From Candidatus Heimdallarchaeota archaeon (GTDB lineage Archaea; Asgardarchaeota; Heimdallarchaeia; JABLTI01), in the NCBI GenBank assembly GCA_019058275.1, contig JAHLVW010000015.1:64001-128000 (forward strand): DNA of 64,000 nucleotides, given 5' to 3'. The translations under genes were made by a program, and so were the position numbers. Below are positions 58,490 through 64,000 of the stretch, piece by piece. Position 1 is the first letter of the stretch, and the number at the start of each line of letters is the position of its first letter. Below the pieces are notes generated by a model. The model did not search any database and was not told the origin of the DNA. It saw nothing but the letters and a program-made list of their open reading frames with translations.

Positions 58490-59482
58490 CTATGTTTCTT
58501 CGGTGGCAAGTAATTTGTAAAGCTCCTCTTTAAATTCAGTTACTTCTTCCTTTGACTTGTTTCTTACATTTATCACTACTAAAAATAAGACTAAAGCAGC
58601 TGTTACAAAAAGTGAGACAAGTAAAATTACTAACCAATTGAATACTTTGGGTAATGAGAAGTGTTCAGTGGAAACATAGAATTTCGCTTCAAATGAACCT
58701 CTAGCTGGCATAGCATTTTTCCTACAATTGAATACCAACCAGTAATTTCCTTCGGAATCTGATTCAGTATCATAACTTAGGATATAGTAATCTTTCATAA
58801 ATTGCTCAACATCAAATTCTATATTATCCAGAAAATCAGATGTAACATTTTCTTCACCAACATCTATTGGCATTTTAATTTGAAGTTCTTGGCATTCTAA
58901 ATCAGCATCCCATGCTGGTCTAATTAAGTCTATGACAATGAGGTTGGTATCAACTCTATAATGAGCTATTTGCTCTGATAGAAAGAAGTTAGCATTGTAA
59001 GAAAAGTAGTATTGTAAAGTTGTATTTGTTTTGATTAAGGAGTTATTTTCAAGATAGACTCTATAGGAGAGATCAAAATCATTTGATGCACTATGATTTA
59101 CAGTAAATTGCTGACCATCTTGAATTGCATAGGTTTGATCATCAATTACTTCAACAATTTCTCCACTCTGTATGGTTCTAAAATACATGCCTACATGGTC
59201 AGTATTTGAAGGAGTACAATTAATTATAATCGTGACTTTACCAGATCCTTTTCTATCCATTTCTAAGACAGTTTTAATCCAATGCAAATCAGCATTATAA
59301 AACCCTTCACTTTTTGGTTCTAGAGTCATTGTTGTTGAAATTTCTTCCTTTTCAACAATGGTTACTAAATTTCTTGACATAGAATTTGCTGGGGTAAAGA
59401 ATACAATTACACTAGAAAGTAGAACTAAATTTATTGCTAAGATGAGAGTGAGAGATTTTCTTATATAGGTCATGTAAAACAA
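58490..59482 (-). CDS. Membrane-anchored extracellular beta-rich hypothetical protein
   Basis: N-terminal signal/TM helix and C-terminal TM helix. Confidence 0.6.
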   Translation of the reverse strand: MFYMTYIRKSLTLILAINLVLLSSVIVFFTPANSMSRNLVTIVEKEEISTTMTLEPKSEGFYNADLHWIKTVLEMDRKGSGKVTIIINCTPSNTDHVGMYFRTIQSGEIVEVIDDQTYAIQDGQQFTVNHSASNDFDLSYRVYLENNSLIKTNTTLQYYFSYNANFFLSEQIAHYRVDTNLIVIDLIRPAWDADLECQELQIKMPIDVGEENVTSDFLDNIEFDVEQFMKDYYILSYDTESDSEGNYWLVFNCRKNAMPARGSFEAKFYVSTEHFSLPKVFNWLVILLVSLFVTAALVLFLVVINVRNKSKEEVTEFKEELYKLLATEET

Positions 59483-59629
59483 ACTCTTTCTATGATGCTA
59501 GTTTGATTATGGAAATATAATTCAAAAAAGCTACTGTAATGTTGTTATTTGAAATTTCAGAGTTATATTTGCTAAAAATATTTATTTTCAAAACAAATAA
59601 AGGATAACTAAAAGCAATGAGGGATTTAA

Positions 59630-61954
59630 ATGCCAAATAAAACACCCAAAAAATCACTTGAAAAAGAACTAAAGAAGAACAGACAAGTTATTGTTCCAGT
59701 GATACCTGAAATGATTGATGCAAGAACTAAGCTTGGCAAGGGTGAGATTGAAGTTCCAGCTGAAATAAAAGAAATTGAAGCTTTGATCTTTTCTAGAGGT
59801 AGACTAAATGTTCAATTTTTCCGAGGTAGATCTAATCTCTATGTTGTTCCTAGTTGGGTGAAAGAAATGCTTTCAGTTAATAGTCCTGGAGTGATTTCAT
59901 TAGGTCATAATTCTTCCCTGATTAACTCAAACTACCGTGATTGGGTTGCTTTTGGTGGAATTGACTGTGAATCTGAGGGAACAGTAACAAGCAAAGGATT
60001 AGTCGTTCCATTGATTGATGGTTATGGCATTCTTTCAGGTTCATTGATTAATAATGCTCCTAATTATATAACTCGAGATGGAACAAGTTCACAAGAGCTT
60101 CTAAGTGGTTCCTTACCTATTGTTATTAATAATTGGAAAATTAAAAAGAAAAACTATCAGCAAATCGTTTTTGGTGGGAAATCAGGGAAAAGCGAAATTG
60201 GAGTTATGACATTTAAGAAAACGGAGAATGATAATACAAAGCTCCTTTTATCAATTAGACCGTTCAATCAAGAAGGAGTATCACTAATTAATAGTATAAC
60301 TTATCGTCCCAAAGATCAAGCTATTCTCATAAACAAGGAATTAGCATTCAAGATTATACAAGAACCTGAAAAAATAGCTGTAGCTAATTACCAAAATGAG
60401 GGCGATTCAGCTGTCAAACTTTTGAAGATTGCAAAGGATGTTGATCAGAACGAGGAGTTGTTGATAAATTGCTCTATTGGATTAGCAAATATGACACTAA
60501 TGTTTCCAGAGAATACATCTGAAATTGAAATTTTCTTCAGAATGAATAAGAAACCAATAGCTGCTCCACCAACTTTGGAAAAAATAAAGAATACTTGGAC
60601 AGAAAAATTATCTTTAGGATTGTCTCTCAAAACAGGAAATCATGAGATAGATAGGTTATTTTCAGCTAGCGTGACAAATTTACTTTTACTTGTTGATCCA
60701 AATAATATAACTCCGGGTCCAACTGAATATCATCGATTTTGGTGTAGAGATGCAGCTTTTCTCATAAATGCTTTAGACAAACTAGGTTATCACAAATATG
60801 CTGAAGAAGCTCTTGTTCAATTTATACAAAGACAAAGAAGTGATGGTTTCTTCTACAGTCATGAAGGTGAATTTGATTCGAATGGTGAAGGCATTTGGGT
60901 TCTTGCTGAACATGCTAAATTCACGAAAGATTACTCTTGGTTAGAAAAAACGTTTGATTCCATATACAAAGCTGCTGTATGTATAATTAATACAAGAAAA
61001 CAACCTAAAGTAGATCTACCTTCTGGCAAAATGGATTTGGTAAAAGGATTGCTTCCTCCAGGATTTAGTGCAGAACATTTAGGACCTTGCGATTACTTCT
61101 ATTGGGACAATTTCTGGGGAGTTGCTGGTTTACGAGAAGCAGCAAATTGTGCTAAAACTATCAAGCATAAATCACTTGAATTATTACAAAGTGAATATGA
61201 GAGCTATCTTTCGGATTTAATGTTAAGCATAGATCAGTTACATAGTGATTATGGTTACTTACCTGTTGGACCATTTAGAGAACTAGATAGTGCAATAATA
61301 GCGAATTTATGTGCATATCATCCTACAAAGATCTTTAATTCTTCGAGTGAAATACTAATGAACACAACAAATGCTATCTACAAAAATTTCACCCATAAAG
61401 GTGGATTTTTCCACGAAGTTGCTTGGAACTGTTATGGTACCTATTTAACAATGCATTTAGCCCAAGCTTATCATGAAGCAAATGATGAGGAGAAGGTAAC
61501 TGAGATTTTGGAATGGCTTGTTAAACACAAAACATGTGCTATGGGATGGGCAGAAGGAATAAGCCCTCAGACAATGAGGGGAGGAATGGGTGATTCCCCA
61601 CATGGATGGGCAAGTGCAGATTGGATTCATCTTCTTAGAAACATGTTTGCAAATGAAACTAAGGATGGTAGTTTGAAATTACTTAGTGGGTATCCTGTAA
61701 AATACCTTACAAATGGCATTTCTACTAGCAAATTAAAAACACATTTTGGTGAAATTCAATATTCTGCTAAAATCTATGATAATGTTTTAAAGCTTGAAAT
61801 TGAAAATAATTTATCATTGGAAACCTATCAGATTATGTCTCCTTATATTGTAACCAGTATCAGAACTGATAAGGGAGAGGCTTATATTGAATCTAGCAAA
61901 TGTGTTAAAGTCAGTAACAAAGCAACTAAAATTACGATAGGATTAGATGTTTGA
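59630..61954 (+). CDS. (alpha/alpha)6-barrel glycoside hydrolase (GH15/GDE-like)
   Basis: YHRFWCRDAAF..ALDKLG, EFDSNGEGIW, GLLPPGFSAEH, YWDNFW, WAE, PHGWASA. Confidence 0.75.
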   Translation: MPNKTPKKSLEKELKKNRQVIVPVIPEMIDARTKLGKGEIEVPAEIKEIEALIFSRGRLNVQFFRGRSNLYVVPSWVKEMLSVNSPGVISLGHNSSLINSNYRDWVAFGGIDCESEGTVTSKGLVVPLIDGYGILSGSLINNAPNYITRDGTSSQELLSGSLPIVINNWKIKKKNYQQIVFGGKSGKSEIGVMTFKKTENDNTKLLLSIRPFNQEGVSLINSITYRPKDQAILINKELAFKIIQEPEKIAVANYQNEGDSAVKLLKIAKDVDQNEELLINCSIGLANMTLMFPENTSEIEIFFRMNKKPIAAPPTLEKIKNTWTEKLSLGLSLKTGNHEIDRLFSASVTNLLLLVDPNNITPGPTEYHRFWCRDAAFLINALDKLGYHKYAEEALVQFIQRQRSDGFFYSHEGEFDSNGEGIWVLAEHAKFTKDYSWLEKTFDSIYKAAVCIINTRKQPKVDLPSGKMDLVKGLLPPGFSAEHLGPCDYFYWDNFWGVAGLREAANCAKTIKHKSLELLQSEYESYLSDLMLSIDQLHSDYGYLPVGPFRELDSAIIANLCAYHPTKIFNSSSEILMNTTNAIYKNFTHKGGFFHEVAWNCYGTYLTMHLAQAYHEANDEEKVTEILEWLVKHKTCAMGWAEGISPQTMRGGMGDSPHGWASADWIHLLRNMFANETKDGSLKLLSGYPVKYLTNGISTSKLKTHFGEIQYSAKIYDNVLKLEIENNLSLETYQIMSPYIVTSIRTDKGEAYIESSKCVKVSNKATKITIGLDV

Positions 61955-62173
61955 AGAAACAATCGTTGATAACTTATTTATTACATCAACATCCAATCGT
62001 TTAGAACGTTCCTTAATGCCTATACTATTTAACCTAATAATAAACCACTCTGGAAATCAAGAGATGCAAATCGTTAAATTAGTTTATTACAGTAGTATTG
62101 ATTGGTTCTTCAGTAGACATTTGGGATCCTTTTTGTGAGCTGATATTATATTATTTGTTTATTTTATTAGAAA

Positions 62174-63457
62174 TCATTCTTGTTCAGCGTCAGCAGTTAA
62201 TCCAAGCTCTTCAGCAAAAATTAACCTTAATTCAGGTTTGATTTCAAAAGAGACGATACGTCCATCTCGGTTCTTATTGAGAAAGTTTAAAGCAGCCATT
62301 TGGTTTAGATATCGAGAAAGATTTCCTTGATCCATTCCTAATTCATCTGATAATGCTGTGCCAACAATAGGTCCACCATTTTTCTCGCTAATAATTACCT
62401 CAAGAATATCTCTCATCTTTGGTGTGAGGATTTGTTTAATTCGCTCACTTTGTGCGTCCTTCAGCTTTTCTCTAGCAAATTCAACACCATCATTAATGGC
62501 ATCTAAACCTATTTTCTTAACATCATTCTGAGCAGCAACATCAAGAATTGATCTTAAAACTAAGAGAAGCATTCTTGGATTACCTGTTGCATATTTCTTG
62601 TTCACTTTTGAGATAACTTCTTCATCAAATGGTTCTAAGCTATCTGGTTTCTCTGGTCTGAAGGCTGTCAATCTTTTTCGTATTATTTCAATAGCAATCT
62701 TGTCTGTTACTGGTTTGAATTCAATCTCCACATGAACTCGAGTAGCAACAGCAGGATGAATTTCTTTTAGTGAAGCCCAGGCATTAGGTGTGGAACAAAT
62801 AACAGTTATGTGTCCAGGAATACCAACTGCATGACTAAAATACTCTCTTAAAATCTCAAATGTTTTTCTAATTTCACGTTGAATGCTTGCCTCAATAATC
62901 TCTTCAAATTCATCTATTATTAAACCTGAAAGAATATCTTGATCACCAATTTTCTTGAAAATCTTAGCTAAGTCCTCACCAGCCTCATAAGGTTTGAACT
63001 TCGATTCAGGTATTGAATTAATATCACGATATTTTTCCCAAAGTTTTTTAGCAAAATCTCTCAACTCATCAGAAGCTTTGTCATTATTCATAATTGGTAC
63101 ACAAACACTCTCAAATAAAGCATATGTTACAATACCAGGTGTACCGCCTGGCAATTTTGTATAAAAGACAAAAGCATCTTTTCTCATAAGGGTCTCTTTA
63201 ATAGAGCTAGCACGAATAGACTTTCCTGATCCATATTCACCTATAAGTGCAACAGTAGCAGAACCACTATTCAAAATTGTAGACAGATTTGAAGCTATTT
63301 TTTTATCTGCTGCAGTCACCACATGCATTTTTACTATTTCTTCTGCAGTCATCGATTCTGCTGAGATTTTATCAAAAGGATTTCTTTTAAGATCATATTT
63401 CGTTAGGTAATTATCTTCACTGAGCATATCATCATATATAGACAAACAAGTCACCAC
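62174..63457 (-). CDS. AAA+/P-loop ATPase with a C-terminal winged helix
   Basis: LKRNPF N-terminus, GEYGSGKS, IIDEFE, GNPR, LSDELGMDQGNLSRYL HTH. Confidence 0.8.
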   Translation of the reverse strand: MVTCLSIYDDMLSEDNYLTKYDLKRNPFDKISAESMTAEEIVKMHVVTAADKKIASNLSTILNSGSATVALIGEYGSGKSIRASSIKETLMRKDAFVFYTKLPGGTPGIVTYALFESVCVPIMNNDKASDELRDFAKKLWEKYRDINSIPESKFKPYEAGEDLAKIFKKIGDQDILSGLIIDEFEEIIEASIQREIRKTFEILREYFSHAVGIPGHITVICSTPNAWASLKEIHPAVATRVHVEIEFKPVTDKIAIEIIRKRLTAFRPEKPDSLEPFDEEVISKVNKKYATGNPRMLLLVLRSILDVAAQNDVKKIGLDAINDGVEFAREKLKDAQSERIKQILTPKMRDILEVIISEKNGGPIVGTALSDELGMDQGNLSRYLNQMAALNFLNKNRDGRIVSFEIKPELRLIFAEELGLTADAEQE

Positions 63458-63564
63458 ATTCTGTTTAAGAGATGAATAAATGTAAATTACTTAGTAAATT
63501 AATGTTCTTTCAAGTAAAAGAATGTTATTATTTGTAAATAAAGAAAGGAAAGGGTGTAATTTTC

Positions 63565-64000
63565 TCATTCTTTTGTTCGTATAGGATATGCCAATACGAT
63601 TTGAGTGGGATCTAGTTTCTTAAAATTGATGAAGAACTCAATGAACAAAGCTGCAAATACCAGATCAACTGCCCCAACTACCAGCATTGGTATGCCACAT
63701 AAGTTCATTATGAAGAAAATTAAATAAATCATAAACAGAGAGATTTTTAAAAGAATTCCCGCAGAAACCACTAAATGATTTTTAGTGATATCAAGACCAA
63801 CTAGAAAATACATAAATCCTAAATTAATAATTAGGAAAAGAAAGCTATAAAGCCAAATGTAAATTTCAGGTTTCTTATAAATAACAAATATTTGCAAGAA
63901 AGTATCCACTGTTGGAGCTAAAACAGCAAAGATAATTGCAGCAAGGATGTATCCGATACCTGCGACCATAAACATGTACTTGTAATAAATTGCTTTGTTC
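63565..64000 (-). CDS. Four-TM hypothetical membrane protein, probably 5'-truncated
   Basis: Hydrophobic helices; the frame stays open to the window edge upstream of the ATG at 63975. Confidence 0.6.
   Translation of the reverse strand, partial: NKAIYYKYMFMVAGIGYILAAIIFAVLAPTVDTFLQIFVIYKKPEIYIWLYSFLFLIINLGFMYFLVGLDITKNHLVVSAGILLKISLFMIYLIFFIMNLCGIPMLVVGAVDLVFAALFIEFFINFKKLDPTQIVLAYPIRTKE

Noticed and set aside
61935-62000. Imperfect inverted repeat at the glycoside hydrolase 3' end
   Set aside because: Short, mismatched and AT-rich; at most a weak terminator.

Overview
AT-rich archaeal chromosomal segment whose gene content points to an Asgard archaeon, probably Heimdallarchaeia-like (inference from ESP-type genes, not a phylogeny). 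Housekeeping genes: rpoB (unsplit)-rpoA'-rpoA''-rpl30e-nusA, a displaced and insertion-bearing EF-1A, tfe, dhs, thrS, tmk, ribK/rbkR, a CinA/PncC-family gene and a tRNA-Cys(GCA) with two introns (37/38 and 53/54). The most notable locus is head-to-head with rpoB. It encodes a RagA/Gtr1-like GTPase fused to a Roadblock domain, followed 47 bp later by an NPRL2-like longin/winged-helix protein with an Arg in the register of the GATOR1 arginine finger, then a metallophosphoesterase. This looks like a minimal operonic Rag-GATOR1 module. A GATOR2-type ZnF-RING protein lies about 11 kb away. Other oddities: two TrmB-family proteins with very long helical rods, a solenoid+Ig protein, a PRC-barrel protein, two probable pseudoenzymes (Hef-like helicase, DapA), a prepilin peptidase with Gly-repeat inserts, two FtsX-permease/TSP3-repeat surface-protein pairs, a pseudogene with two in-frame stops and two structured intergenic elements. 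All family assignments come from motif reading and remembered reference sequences; no searches were run.
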